From Carcharhinus amblyrhynchos (lineage: Eukaryota): a stretch of 64,000 nucleotides of DNA. Within the stretch, counting starts at the first letter, position 1; the number at the start of each line of letters is the position of its first letter. This document shows, in pieces, positions 14,870-28,853 of the stretch. Location: contig OZ336883.1 in assembly GCA_965287045.1 (NCBI GenBank), positions 69,812,001 to 69,876,000 of the forward strand, given 5' to 3'. Below the pieces are notes generated by a model, which was not told where the DNA came from, ran no database searches, and worked only from the letters and a program-made list of their open reading frames with translations. A program made the position numbers and the translations under genes.

Positions 14870-15790
14870 TCACATTGAAATTGTCACAATGGTTCTTGAC
14901 AACATCATCATGTGACAACTGGTCACAAGAATCTACATTGGGGCATCAACTATTCATTATATTCATCAACACCATGAGATTTAACCCACATATCCAAGCT
15001 TGCCAATGACACAAAGAAAGGTAACATACTAAGCAGTGTAGATGAAAGCATGAATGTTCAAAAAGATACAGGTTGGACATCCTAAATTCAGCTGCACTGT
15101 CTGAAAACCTGACTTTTTTTTACATTCAGCTAAATCCTTCAATTTCATAAAAAAAACAAGTCTATCCTGGTGCATTAATGATATTGATACAAAACATTTC
15201 ACAGCTGGTAAAGTAAATTAATAATAATGTGTCTTTTCTCTCCCAGGAGATCTGGGCGCTGCTCCCGGAACAGAGTAAGCGTGGGAACATAGAGGCCATT
15301 CTGAGATCAATCCAGAGAACAGAATCAGCAAGATTTAGAGTTATGCGCACACAAAACCTGAGTCCTTTGCACTGCTTTAAGATCTACTAATTCAACCAAT
15401 TTTAAATTTAGGAGGCAATAGGGTGATTCAATCAAAACTTTCAAGACAGTTCGGGAGAAAGATAGGTTAGATTGGGAGAAACTACTTCCACGAGTCAATG
15501 AGTCCAGAACTCAGGGAAACAGCCTGCAAATGAGATTCAAACCGTTCAGGAGTGAACTTGGCAAACTCTTGTTCATACAAAAGGTGGTAGAAGTTTGGAC
15601 TTCTCTTCCAAAAACAGCACATGATGTTGGATCAATTGTAAATTTAACAATTGAAACCAACAGATTGTCAGCCAGAGGTATTAAGAAATATGAAGTGAAG
15701 CAAAGCAAAGCAGCCATGATTTCACAAAGATAGAAGAGGTTCCAGCAGTTCAAATTGGCCTACTCCTGTTGCTAAGTTCCTTACCTGCTT
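14870..15790 (+). mobile_element. Old CR1 LINE fragments
   Basis: Degraded KLANDTK and FRSELGKLLFIQKVVEVWTSLP motifs; tail ggcctactcctgtt. Confidence 0.65.
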
Positions 15791-16634
15791 TATCACAAGT
15801 TCTAGATAATCACTGAAAAGTCAAAAAGATAGAAAGGACTTCTCTGCCAACGTTGTTTAAGTGTAGCTCATAAATTCTTCAATAAGAAAATCCAGACACT
15901 AGCTGAAAATGAACGTTAAGGGCAATGAGATGAGCTGGACAGTAGGATTAGACTGCAGTAATGCAATATTCAGAAGGGAGAAATTGTCTGGATCAGTGAC
16001 ATGAAATTCTATTATTCTAAAATTTGCTTTGCCAACAAGTAAACTTTTGAAAAGTTGAGGAGCAAAATTTCAAAATACTGTCTGTAAGCTCATTAATGTC
16101 TTCTTGTAATTTGTTGCCATTCTCCTCAGTATTGACTATCCCCACCAATCTGGTACCATCCACATTTATGAATTGTGTCTTTGATTCTAAAGTCCAAACT
16201 GCTAACACAAATTGAGAGCAGCATTGGTCCAGCGTTGATCCTTCGAAACCATTAAACCTACCCTTTACCCCTCCTCTCTGTACTGACAGCTACAGTTATT
16301 CAACTGATTTTCCCATAAAGCACAGAAAAAAATTACACACGTTCATGTGGACCAACAACTTATTTTCAATCACACATTTATACAGTGGAACAGCTTCTCA
16401 TGCAGCCAATCAGTAAGAGCACCGAGGAAAGGTGAAATAGTGGGGAGGAAGAGGATATCTGTAGAATGGACTTTTGAGCTATAACAGGCATGCAGTGCGA
16501 AACCTCTGAAAGCTAGGTTACTTTATACAGGTCCTGATGAGGTGTTTGTAACATGACAAGACTTTATTGCAAAATAGAGTTCAGATACAGCCATCTGAGA
16601 TCAATTGCAAATTTACCTACAGTAAAAGCTGGGA

Positions 16635-16970
16635 GGGCGCTGACGTAGTGGTATTATCGCTAGACCATTAATCCAGAAACTCAGCTAATGTTCTGGGGAT
16701 TTGGATTTGAATCCCACCACAGCAGTTGGTGGAATTTGAATAAAAAATGTCTGGAATTAAGAATCTACTGATGACCATGAAACCATTGTTGATTGTTGTA
16801 AAAGCCCATCTGGTTCACTAACGTCCTTCAAGAAAGGAAATCTGCCGTCCTTACCCGGTCTGGCCTACATGCGATTCCAGAGCCACAGCAGTGTGGTTGA
16901 CTCTCAATTGCCCTTCAAGGGCAACAAATGCTGACCAGCCAGCGACACCCATATCCCACAAATGAGAAAT
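16635..16970 (+). mobile_element. tRNA-derived SINE of a different family, with a LINE-derived tail
   Basis: Head gacgtagtggta…ggatttgaatccc; body ctggttcactaacgtccttc…ggaaatctgccgtccttacc; tail aaatgctgaccagccagcgacacccatatccc is shared with LINE 3' ends at 30-130 and 52770-52860. Confidence 0.7.
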
Positions 16971-18402
16971 GAGAAGCCTAACTGAAAGGCCAAAGCACTT
17001 CAGGCAACAAGAGTACAACAGAAAATAAATCACCTGGTATAGTTTAGCTAAAAGAAAGCTTGAATTTTGAAAGTCTATGGAATGCAGAAGGAGACAAGCT
17101 ATATAAATAGCTATATAAACAACCACATGTTAGTGCCATTAGGATATAATATTTTCACTGAACAGTATGACTGTAAATTTTCCAGAGGAAGTAACTGACT
17201 GTACGCCATTTAAAATCACATGCAAGAATTTTGCAGCTGCAATGGTGAAGGATGTGGCTTGGTCAATACCAAACACTGCAATATTTCCAATCCTTTTAAG
17301 TAGGGAAATGAAAGACACCTCATGGTGTGCCAGCAATTATATGATACAAAAGCTGAATTAAAGGTATCCAAACTGAAAGGGCTCATTATCACAAACCATT
17401 GCCTGGAGAATTCAGTAGCGCATAAACAATGGCGAATTTGTTAATGCGTATGGATAATTCTGCCTCTACCTCTTTCTTTCCTGCAAGAGATGGTTTATAG
17501 CATGGGATTTGTTATTATGCACAGATATAAATAACTCAGAATTCCTGTAAAGGAATACAACATATTAAGGAATTTGTAATAGGTCACATATGAGCATCGT
17601 GCTTGCTTTCATTCTTTTGACAGGAAAACACAAGCGCACACACACACACAAACACAACCACCCTCCCACTCACCCACCCAAAAACATACTTTTACAAAAC
17701 CGAAAGAGCTGTAAATATCTTGCCAGGTTGTTAGGCAGAGGCTTCTGGACTCGGTTTATTAACGTAGAACACAGTGAGATAATATACATCACGTTACCTC
17801 ATGGCAAACAAATAAAGTAACGTGTTTTCAGAGCCAGGCATTTGCTGTTATGTTCTCTAAATTCTAACAATCCATGTAAGAATGGAAAATGGTTCCATTA
17901 GTTTTATTATCCTGTTGTGGCACCGCACAGTTTTCATAACATTCTCTCAAATTAATCTCCTTGGGATCAGAATTAATGCTACAACAAAGTCGGTTGATTG
18001 CTAGCACAATTAGGATTTAGTTCATTTTTAAAAAGCCAGTATTCTTTTGCCTCTTTTACTGTACCTCGTATATTAAATTCACTTTGATTGGATCTAAATT
18101 ATGTTCTTGAAATGTCTTCCTCTTGAATTAGTTAGGAGACTGATAATGTAGATAAGAAATATATATTTAGATTGGCAAGATATGACAAGTGGTGTTTCCA
18201 CAGATTAAAAACAGAAATTTATGGAAACAATCAACAGGTCAGGCAGAATTTGTGCAGAAAAATCCCAAAGTGATGTTCCAGTTCTGTGACTTCTCAGGGA
18301 ACTGTTATTTCTGTCTTTATTTCTGATTTTCATCATCCACTATATTTTTTCTTTGTCTTGGTGTTGCTGCTTTAGTGGTTCAAGTTTTCATCTTATCTAT
18401 TC

Positions 18403-18940
18403 TGAATCATAAAATCCCTACAGCGCAGAAGGAAGCCATTTGACCCACTGAGCCCGAAGCAACAACAATCCCACCCAGGCCCTATCCCTGTCACCCTACG
18501 TATTTACCCTATTAATCCCCTTAACACACCAAGGACAATTTAGCATGGCCATTTAACCTAATCCTCACATCTCGGAGTGTGGGAGGAAACTGGAGCACCC
18601 AGAGGAAACCCACACAGACACTGGAGGAATGTGCAAACTGCACACAGAAAGGTCACTGTCCCAAGGTCAGAATCGAACCCGGGTCCCTGGTGCTGTGAAG
18701 CACCACTGTTCCACCATACCACCCCTACAACAATCACGCCCAGGCCCTACCCCTATAATCCCTGCTGGGCCCACCTGACACTAGGGAGCAATTTAGCATG
18801 CCCAATCAACCTAACCCACATATCTTTCAAGTGTGGGAGGAAACCCACACAGATACTGGGAGAACGTGCAAACTCCCCACAGACTGCAACCCAGAATGGT
18901 TCAGGTGCCTGGTGCTGTGAAGCAGCAGTGCTAACCACTT
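18403..18940 (-). mobile_element. Two tandem HE1-like V-SINEs
   Basis: tRNA-like head, V-domain (revcomp gtgggaggaaactggagcacccagaggaaaccc) and CR1-like tail. Confidence 0.85.
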
Positions 18941-19520
18941 ATGGATAAATTAACCAATTATGGACTTGCAAGAAGGAATAGAGCGTTGTAGTAATACAAG
19001 TTATCAGATTACACTAAATAACACATTAGTTGTGCGGATGGGAGCTAGGAGGTACAAAAAGAATAGTGACCAATTAATTCAGTTTGTAAAACTATGATAA
19101 GTAGTGTTCAATTTTGACAAGTGTGAGGTTATCCATCTTGGACCCAAAATGGAGCGGAAAGATTTGAAAGTCCAACTTCATTAATTAAAAGCCAGTTTCC
19201 AGCCACAAGGAAGTCAAAAAGGCAAATAAAATGTTGGTCTCCAGTTCAAAGGGGCTGGAATACAACGGTGTGGAAGTTATACTTCAGTTGCACAGAGCCT
19301 TGATTAGACCACATATGGAGTACTGCATTCAGTTTTGGCCAACACTCTGCAGAAAAGTTATACGGGCCTTGAAGGGAGCGTAGTACAAACTGATTAGAAG
19401 TAAACTAAGGCTTAGGTCAGGTTAAACAAACTCTTCAAAGAGTATAGAAGATTGAGAGATGATCTAGTTGAGATGTTTCAAATACTTACAAGGATTGACC
19501 GGCAAGAAGCTATATCATCT
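18940..19520 (+). mobile_element. Old CR1 LINE fragment
   Basis: Degraded FNFDKCEVIHLG and LIRPHMEYCIQFW motifs. Confidence 0.7.
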
Positions 19521-20379
19521 GGGTGAGCAAACAAGACAAAGGGTACTTAATGTAAATTCACTGTATGTCATTTTTATTTTACCACCACTATCAGAGAGCA
19601 GGTCACCAACATCTCATCTCCAAGGAGTCATTTCATTTTAATTGCAGTAATTGTCCAATTACAAAACATTCTCATATTTAGCATGCAAAGCTCATTGTAC
19701 ACTGCAATCACCAGTGTGAAAGCTTAAGCACGGTTTGCAGAATTGACTCAAAAAGATTAGCAGATTACGATTTTACTGCTATATTTAGTCACAAAGTATC
19801 CAATGAATTCCACGCCATGCATTACAAACACTCCAGCCAACACCTTGTAGGCCAGAAACAAGGATCAGGTTTCTAAAGTACGTCTTTCACTCAACTTCTG
19901 AGTGCATAATTTTATTGGGCTATTTTCCACAGCAACTCAAATCAACACTCACTTCATCGAAGGCTCCTCTCACCATTGTCTCAGCAGGATGCACAACCTG
20001 TCTACAATCAAGAGGAAGACCTGGGGCTTAAACATTTTTGAATCCGGCACAACCTCACAATAAAACCCAGGAAGCAACAGATTGCCAATCACATCATAGC
20101 CAGTCTTTTTTGGTGTCACAAGTAGTGTTTACTAGACAAGCTAAATCACCACTCCACCACTTCGACAACCCATTTGGTGGTGCAAAAAGGCTGGGGTACA
20201 ATATGTTCACCGAATGAGCTTAATTAGCCTTTTGATTTATCACAGATTTAAAGCTGACATACTGTTTTACAATTCGAGTCCTCTACATTGTTAAGATACT
20301 CATTTCCCAGGTTAATTTTGCTCAACTGTACATTTTAAGCACATAGCCCTCCAAAATGCAAGACCAGCACGAGGGAAGA

Positions 20380-20590
20380 TTGTGGCAGCAGCAAAGTAGC
20401 TGTGAAAGGGTTGAAGTGGAATGGTCATATGCTGCAGACAGAAGAGGACATGTGATGAGGTGAGAGATGGAACTCCCTTGAAGACCAGGTGGAAAAATGC
20501 AGTGGCGAGAGACTTAAACACAGCTGAACTGGGTAAAGAATGGGTGACCTGACAAGAGGAGATAGGGAAGATGATCAACCAGTATTGTAG
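20380..20590 (+). mobile_element. Possible degraded RTE-type LINE C-terminus
   Basis: Frameshifted RLKWNGHMLQTEED…RPGGKNAVARDL-like peptide resembling RTE ORF ends. Confidence 0.35.
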
Positions 20591-22149
20591 TGAACCCAAG
20601 TAAAACTGGAGAGGCTAAAAGGATTAGAAGCACTGTGAAACTAAACTTGGATATGTTTTTGTCGAGGATTGAGGGCTATAGGTTTTTAAGTCTCTGTTCC
20701 CTTTACACTGTCCTTAACCACCAAAACCATATAGGGTCTGCCCCTAGCGCTTTAGCACATACACCACATCCATTGCAGTCACCATTTTGCTTTTGGCACG
20801 TTCAGGCCTTTACCAAGCCCTTTACCACCTTTCCCTCTACCTGACATGATCAATACCAAACGATCAGATGACTGCCAACGTTGGTTTGACATAATAAAAT
20901 GTATTTCATTTGCAGGTACCATGAGGCTCTCTTTTGCTGGAATTGAAATTTAGTTTGGCAAGCGTTGAAGAATTTAATAGTTCCATCAGCAATGTGTTCC
21001 AAGAGCACTGGATAGATTTGTACAAGGCAGTAATCTAACCTCAAGGCTCACAAAACAATCATAAACACGCACAGTTCAGAGGCATCCGAGCACAATTAAA
21101 TGCCAGCTTTGTAATTATTCCCAGGTAGCCATCATCATCCATTTTGCTGTGGCTCATTCAGAGAACACAATGCACAACAGGAACCGAAAAATTTTTTTTA
21201 GTTATTGCATGTGCAAAAACGTTTATTGTGGAATCAATAAGCCATCTCAGTAATCATGGGGTTAAAGTTAAAACTAAATTAAATATAGCAATCTGCAGAA
21301 TCTGACCAGTTTGCAACACATCTGACTGTTTACTTAGGTTTGCCCATGTTTTTATCATTTATGGTAAGCTGCACATAGCTAATAATCTGCATGATCCAAC
21401 ATTGCTTGCAGCTGTTTTCCTTCAATCGTCAACAACAAAAAAAAAGTAGGCAATAACCGAAGTCAAAGCCAAAGGGCATTTTTGCGTAAAATCATAGATC
21501 CACCATTTATGAATAATTAAGCATCGCATGCAAAGCTTTTGTTTTAAGTGTAATGATGCGACTGCGTAGGTGATCATCTTGACTGCCAATTCTGAAAACA
21601 ATGATCTTCATCAACACCATTTTTCATCTAACACACAATCAGCTGCAATGTATTTAAAACTTGTGGAATGTGCTATTGAAATATAAAGTTCCTCATGGCA
21701 GGCCTTCCATCTAATGTCAGTGGGTCCCTGCAGGTTCAAAAAGCAATTACTAATTCTAACATTTTGATTTAACCCATAGCACTTTTATTTGGCCTTGGTT
21801 CAGGCACCACTGGAAGATATCTTCCATGTGCCTGCCATTTGCATTTTGTTTTTAAAATTATCTCCAGCTTGCCAAAGAAACTGCACCCATGAAACTGTAC
21901 CCCAAACAGAGTCAGCATCTCTGGGAAATGACAGGAGATACAGAAAAATTGGGGTGCTGCAAGCAGGGTAGACCAGCGGACCAAAAATGGCGAGAGTAAA
22001 AACAATGGGTGGTAGAGGGACAAAAACACAGCTGGGCATTTGTGGGACTGCCACAGCTATTTTGGCAAGAACGTAATCCTATCCCAACAAGGGAAGTGAA
22101 AATTTCCAGGTTAAGTTATTTCAATTAGAGCAAGCCTCATACACATAAC

Positions 22150-23800
22150 ATAGGAGTGGCTAAACAACACAGGAGGGGCTAAATGGTCAATTCGATGAGA
22201 TCATAGCTATTCTGTGACCTTTTACCCTTTATCTTTATCCAAAACTTCCATCAATCTCAGATTTAAAATCAACAACCAACCTTGCATCAATTATGATTTC
22301 CTGGGGAAAATTCCAAATGTCCCTTATTGTGTGTGCAAAGATGTGGCCCAACTTCAGGCCTAGTTCTTTTTTTTAAGATTATGACCCTTAGACATAACAG
22401 CCAGTGAAAATAGTTTACCCTCTCACTCATCTTAATGTTTTAAAAAGTTTGATCAAATCAACCATTAAGCTTCTAAATTCCAGAAAAATAATCTTACTTT
22501 GTGTAACATCTTCTCAAAATTTTACCCGAGGAGTTCATGCATCATTCTGGTATATCTACTCTACACTCCCTTCACAGGTGTGGTGCACTGGACTGTTCAC
22601 AATATTCCTCATGTAGTCTTACCAAGGATTTGTATAGCTGAAACGTGATTTTTAATTCCAGATATTCTAATCCTCTAGATATCCAGCATGCTCTTAGTTT
22701 TTTATGCACATGTCCATGACATTCTCGCTGTTTCTAGCTTTCCCCCCATTTGGAATGTAATCTTTCCATCCGTTTAAGGTGCAATGGATGACATCACATT
22801 TGGCTACACCGAAATTGATATGCAGTTTTACTCAATCTGCAAATATTATTTTGCAATTCGACATTTCCATCCACACTGCTTATAACACCAACTAATTTTG
22901 TGACTGTCAAATTTGGCTATGTGGCTTTTTATCTCATTATCCAAATTGTCAATAAATGCAGTGGTCATCTGAGGCTCCAACACAGATCACTGTGACACAC
23001 CAAAAGTCAATATCCCACCAATTAAAGTACTTCTTCATTATCCTTATTCTACCTGCTCAATTTCCCAACAAGGCCAATAATTTGCCTTCAAATCCATCAG
23101 CTTCCATTTCAGTTGCCTCTTATGAGAAATGAGTCCTGGAAGTCCATGTTAAAATTACATCATATTCATCTGACATGGCCTATCCTTAACACATTCATGG
23201 CAGCTCTCTCTCATCAACTGAACATTCTCAAGGTGCTGAATCATCCTATCCTTTTGACTCTGGTAAATGCCCAACACTAGATGTCAGGGTAACTGTCTTA
23301 ATTTCCTTTGTATCATCTCTCATCTTTCTTGAATAGCGGAATGCCATGTGCAGTCCTCCAGCCAAAGAGAACACTTGTCAAATCAGGATAACTTTGAAGG
23401 ATTATAGTTAAAGCATCTGCAATATTCTCATCTTTCTCCCTGGACACTGATTCTTGAGATGTCATGCTTTTGTTGTTATTTTTGTTCATATTAATTTTGT
23501 TGAGTCCCCATCCCATTCAATGTTAGCTTCCTTGGGATGTCTGACATGCCATTCCTTTCCTTCACTGTACATAGTGGGGCAAAATATTTTCATTTTCAAT
23601 ACTACCGATCAGTTTTCAAGAGCCCTAATTGCTCTTCATACCCCTCAATTTCCTACTTTTTGAAAGAAGTGTTGATATTCCCATCCCTTGCAAGTTACTA
23701 TTCGTATTTCAAGCTTACTGCTCTGTCACCTTTTGTTGTTGTTGTTCGCTCGCTACCACATACTACAATCCAACCTTCTCTGCCAAATCTTAGACTGTAT
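22150..23800 (-). mobile_element. Old CR1 LINE remnants
   Basis: Minus-strand CR1-like 3' end at 22150-22400 and an RT-upstream motif WRTAHGIPLFKK (ORF 23313-23516). Confidence 0.6.
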
Positions 23801-24441
23801 TTATTATAGGCTGTGCTTGCTGCCACCGCACAGCTAGCTGTGTAAATGAAATTAAAATGACACAAGCAGTAAGAAAGAACAGGAATACCAGTAGCTCAGT
23901 GGAAGGGCAATAAGGCTGTCTGAATTTGTTACTCATTTGGTTAAAGTGTTTCTTTAGTGAACTGATAAATCCTGGAATTCTCTTAAAGCAAGTTCTTTCT
24001 TTAATTTATGTTTATCTAGTTTGTGAATTTGGGTAACAAAATAATACTGGTCAATTCTATATTTTCACCTTGTGTGTTGAAGCTAAGTGGCAGCGTCAAA
24101 AAGAATGGCATGAGTGTGTCAAGGACATTGGCAAACAGAATGAAGAAAGGAGCAGTGAGTGGTAACAGGCAGAGGGGCAAGCATTCAATGGGCATATAAC
24201 TATTGTGCTGCTAATGTCATATTATGTGCCTATAGAAAGATTAGGTGTCCACTTCATATTACAGACATCTGCAGCACTGACTTCCTATTCAGGTGTGTTC
24301 ACAAGAGATGGTGCTCATTATATCCACTTTCCAGTCTATCGCAAACTTTTTTTATATGTAACTTCTGTATTGTAACAGCTTCATGCCACTTTTGCTGATG
24401 CTAACTTTTATAAATTGGGTTCAAAATATCAAATTGTCATT

Positions 24442-25390
24442 TGTTACAATCCCTGCAGAGACATACAGATTTGATTTTCAACTTGATAGTTGAAAGAATG
24501 GCACAAGGTTTGATGTATTAAAACTTTTATTATAACAAATGATTGAAAAATGAACTACTGACTAAGCACACTTTTTTGCGAGCAACATTTACATTAACGA
24601 CAGAAAATTATATTCAGCTTGTACACTCATCATCCATTACACTCTCCACAGAATTACAGCAATCCACAGTTGTTTCCAGCTTCCAATGGGTTCCCATACA
24701 CCTGTTTCGAACTTAGAAACTTGAAGTGACTGTCTTCAGGTGCTTTCCTCAGTTTTCAGACTTTCTCAATTCCACCACCAGCAGTAAAGCCTGTTTCTTC
24801 ATCCCACAGGACATACCAAATCAAAACTTTCAGAATGTTTACATGGCTGCAGGATGCATCTCTTGGACTGGCGGCCATCTCTGTCCCACATCCTGGCTGT
24901 GGTAGCTTGCAAAGTCAAGCATCTTTTCTTTCCATGGACCGCACCAAACTCCTGCTTTCTGTTTGTAGGGAGGCTTGGAACCTAATCCCAAAAACTGCTT
25001 CCTCTGCCTTCTTCCCCATGGCAATATGAAACATATTAACCAAATATCTAGGTTAAATGCTATTTAATTCTTGTCCTCAACTCTCTTTCATCTTATAAGT
25101 AAATCTGCTTCTTTACAATACAACTGTTTACAATCCTATACCTGCAACACTTTTCTGGGACTTTGGGAGACTCGGGCTTTACTCATGGCAATTCAGAATC
25201 TGCTGCCCTTGTCTCTTAGCATAAAAATCTTGTATCTTCTTCTCAGTAAAACAATCTAAGCTCTCCTTTGATAACCAAAATTCAAATCACCTTGGCTTAC
25301 CATCAGGCAGTCTTCAGATGAGTTCACCTCCATTTACTCTAAATTTAAAGTTACAATCCCAAAACATAATAATCTTATAAACCTCGTAAT
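24442..25390. mobile_element. Possible degraded solo LTR
   Basis: Starts TGTTACAA, has LTR-like length and composition and tttatt near the left end. No clean TSD seen. Confidence 0.35.
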
Positions 25391-25699
25391 TGTTATCAAG
25401 TTCAAACTCACTCTTTTAATTATTAATCTAGCCTCCAGCCCAGTAATATAACTATTGTACTGCCATAATAAGGCTCTCCATTCTACAGTGTTACGTAAGT
25501 CTGGAAGCACAAATTAATCTGTCATTCTAAATAGAAATGTATTTTTAATTCACTTAATTCTTTGCTCCTGTGCTGTAATTTTCTTGTTCATTCCAGGAGG
25601 GTATGGGAGTTTTAGTTCAGTTAGAGAGCATGGTCGGTGCAGGCTTGGAGGGCCGAAGGCCCTGTTCCTGTGCTGTAATTTTCTTTGTTCTTGACTGTA

Positions 25700-26060
25700 C
25701 ACTGCCAGGTCATAGTGTTCTCAGACCTCTCATTTGAAGGGCATGGCCTTAAGTCCTACACTGAGATTTCAATACACAATCCAGGCCTGCATTCCTGCTG
25801 AAGGGGTACTGCTCTTTGAACATGTTAAGATGAGATGCCATCTGACTTCAGATTACAAAGATTTGAAGATGGTTCAAGGAGAATGACCAACATTCATCCC
25901 TCAGTGAAAAATCACCAAACAAAAACCTGAAATTATTAAATGCTACTGAATATTTAGGAGACCGTTGGCAGAGAATGGGTGCTGCATTTGTCTACATAAC
26001 ATGTCCCTAGGTCAATGTGGGTAGTGCTTTGAGCTGGTACAGCAGAATATAAATGCCAGA
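25700..26060 (+). mobile_element. Highly degraded Deu-SINE (SacSINE1-like)
   Basis: Remnants of aagtcctacactgaga…caatccaggc…caacattcatccctca…atataaatgc. Similar minus-strand remnants lie near 55490-55580 and 55915-56140. Confidence 0.45.
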
Positions 26061-26141
26061 GGTTCATTTTATTTTCAGTAACTAATAAACAGCAATTATT
26101 TTATTGTAGTAACCAGTTGAACTTAATAAGGATAGATCAGA

Positions 26142-26341
26142 AACTAGAACAGAAAATGCTGGAAAATCTCAGCAGATCTGACAGCATCTGTGGAGAGAGA
26201 ATAGAACCAATGCTTTAAGTCTGGAGTGACTGAAATGTTAACTCCATTCTCTCTCCACAGACACTGTCAGACCTGCTGAGATTTTCCAGCATTTTCTGGT
26301 TTTGTTTCAGATTCCAGCACTCACAGTACTTTGTTTTTTTT
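26142..26341. mobile_element. Palindromic Penelope-like terminal-repeat insertion
   Basis: Inverted arms agaaaatgctggaaaatctcagcag / ctgctgagattttccagcattttct; 16-bp TSD with 2 mismatches (26126-26141 and 26342-26357). Confidence 0.7.
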
Positions 26342-28731
26342 ATAAGAATGGATCAGACTCTCTAACATTTGCAACTGTGTCTATCAAATACTTCTAACTG
26401 AAGCAGAATGAGAAGCCTGGCAAATTTGGATTTACTGCTGATTCCTTTCAATGAAACAACAGGCATGCTCAAATTTGATTTGACCAATAAATGTCCATAC
26501 ACCTTGAGGATTTCAGAGACCTGAGGGTATTTCTACATACCTGATGGGCTCTGTGGAGATCAGCAAACAGTTACAATCTATGACATGACAAATATCAAAC
26601 AAATCTTCCTCCACCCATATTGCCCCTCCCTTCTCCCTGGAAACGTAGAACACTACAGCACAAACAGGCCCTTCGGCCCACAAGTTGTGCCGATCAACAT
26701 GAATGCAGTATCATCATCCCAGTTATTTTAAGTCCATCAACAACAACGAAGACATAGCCACCAATGATGGGAGAAAGGATGTGAGTGATAGGCTAGGGCG
26801 ATGCAAATAGGAGGAACATGGAACAGAGCTGGTGGAGCTTATAGACACAGGGAGGGCCAAAACAATGAAGAGATTTGAATTTCAGGATGAAGCATTTAAA
26901 TTGAAGGTGTTGTGAGACTGGGAGCCAAATCAGGTCAACCAGCAACGAGGTGAAAAGGTGAGTAGGAATCACTTTCCATGAAATCTGCAACACCTATGGA
27001 TGTCAGTTCAATTTTAATGATGAATGATGACACAACAAGTTTGTATTCAGTGAATGTTCAAATTGGACAAATCTGTATCAAGGTTTGAACAAAAAGCTTT
27101 GTTTACCCTCAGATGAGATCATACAGAATGCACCAGCATTCTCATACAAAACATTTCAGGCCATACCTAACCCCTCTAATAGTGTTAATGTTTGAGCTAG
27201 ATTAGCAAATGTACAGTAGTCCTTTTAAACTTTTGGGCCAAACATCTGACTTGTACTGTAGGGTAAAGAATATGTAAAGGACATTTATCTGCCATACTAT
27301 TCTACCCTTGCAAATTTCAAATCAAAACTTGGGAGTTCAATTGGTTGGTGCTTTTAAATATGGGCCAAGGTGGCATTCTGAAAATGGGTATAAAGATCTG
27401 AAGAAAGTCTACTGGTAATCAACATCATGAACATCTAAAATAGTAACAAAAACAGGTTTATCTGAAGGAAACAGAATACTTTCTCATTTTCAAACAAAAA
27501 TACAATGAAATTCTCTTTGACCACTTTTCTATTTCTCCCTCTACCAAAGGCAATGGCTACAGTTCTAAAAGCCTCAGCTATCATCATTTATGTTAGGACC
27601 CCAAGGCTATAAGCTATGTCAAGGATTATGCCCAAGTGTGATTTTGTGACCTACACACTCATTCATTTCCCAAAGGGAAACTGGATCAGAAACAAGAACC
27701 CAGGCTGATTTTCATCCAAGGCCAATTTGTACTGCTGTCCTACTAGAGTTAACAGGGACAGCAAATCAACTTGGGGCCTTTTGTTTTCCGCGTACCACTT
27801 CCCATGGCACATTCATCTACTTAATCACCAGGTGACCATGGTTCCTTCCGAAAATAAAGGATATATGGCTACCCAAACGCCAGGCCAATTTTATCCAGTG
27901 AGAACTGTAAAGTCCCAGGTTCAATCTCCAGCTAATATTGAAAGTCCCAGATATATTCCTTGATGAATGCTCTCAAATGGTTACAAATGGTTGCATAACT
28001 TTAGAAGGAGGAGCCAGACAAATAAAAGTGGTCACAATTTTTGTTTATGATTGCTATCCAGCCAATCCCATTAGAATTCTTTGCTTGTTAGGTTTCAACC
28101 CAGCCATGACCCTCCCCCACGCAAACAATTATCACTGTTAACTCATCTTTTATTCATGGCAAGAGAGAAAATAAGCTTACTTGGCAGAAACCAGAGGGCA
28201 ACTGTTGCTCATGTAATTTAACCCCAAGGAGGCCTCTCCCAAAGAGGATCAGCCATGTTCTACTGGAAAAGTCAATGTGCTGTACCTGTTATTTCATGCT
28301 GGACTGGGGAGATCATAGTTCAATCTCCCCTCTTGCCTCCTTATCAGCAAAGCACATGGCAAGAGCATTCCCTACAATAATTCTAGCTCATTGAATGAAA
28401 TTGGAGAGTTCAATTGGCCAACCACAAATTATTAATTTCTAATATTAAGACATTCTGTACACAGAAGAAAAGCAAAATTGAAACTGTCATGAGGGCATGT
28501 TGGGGTGCAGTGGAGAGTGATCAGATAACTTCAGCAGAACACTGAAATTTTGCCCTTCTGCGATATAACTGCAATTCTTGCCAATAACATTAACTCCACT
28601 GTAAGTACTGTGCACAAATGCACTACATGTGGCAATGGTCTCTTTTTGGGCTCTCTGGAAGACCTAGCTCCCTACTTTCAGGATACCTGAAAAGTGGCCC
28701 AGTCTTAAAAGATCATGGCCCAAATCTTCAA

Positions 28732-28853
28732 GATGTGGATATGCTGGCATTGGACTGGGGTAAACACAGTAAAAAGTCTGACAACACCAGGTTTCAGTCC
28801 AACTGATTTGATAGTAAACTCACTAGCTTTCGGGTTAGCTCCTTCGTCAGGTG
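28732..28853 (-). mobile_element. Penelope-like element terminal repeat carrying a minimal hammerhead ribozyme
   Basis: 10-bp TSD AAATCTTCAA (28722-28731 and 28854-28863); minus strand CAC-CTGACGA-AGGAGCTAACCC-GAAAGCTA-GTG; homologous to 37925-38043. Confidence 0.7.

Noticed and set aside
15230-15285. Plus-strand micro-exon (ttttctctcccag|GAGATCTGG…|gtaagc)
   Set aside because: It is isolated, antisense to PCNX1, embedded among CR1 remnants, and has no recognisable peptide or partner exons.
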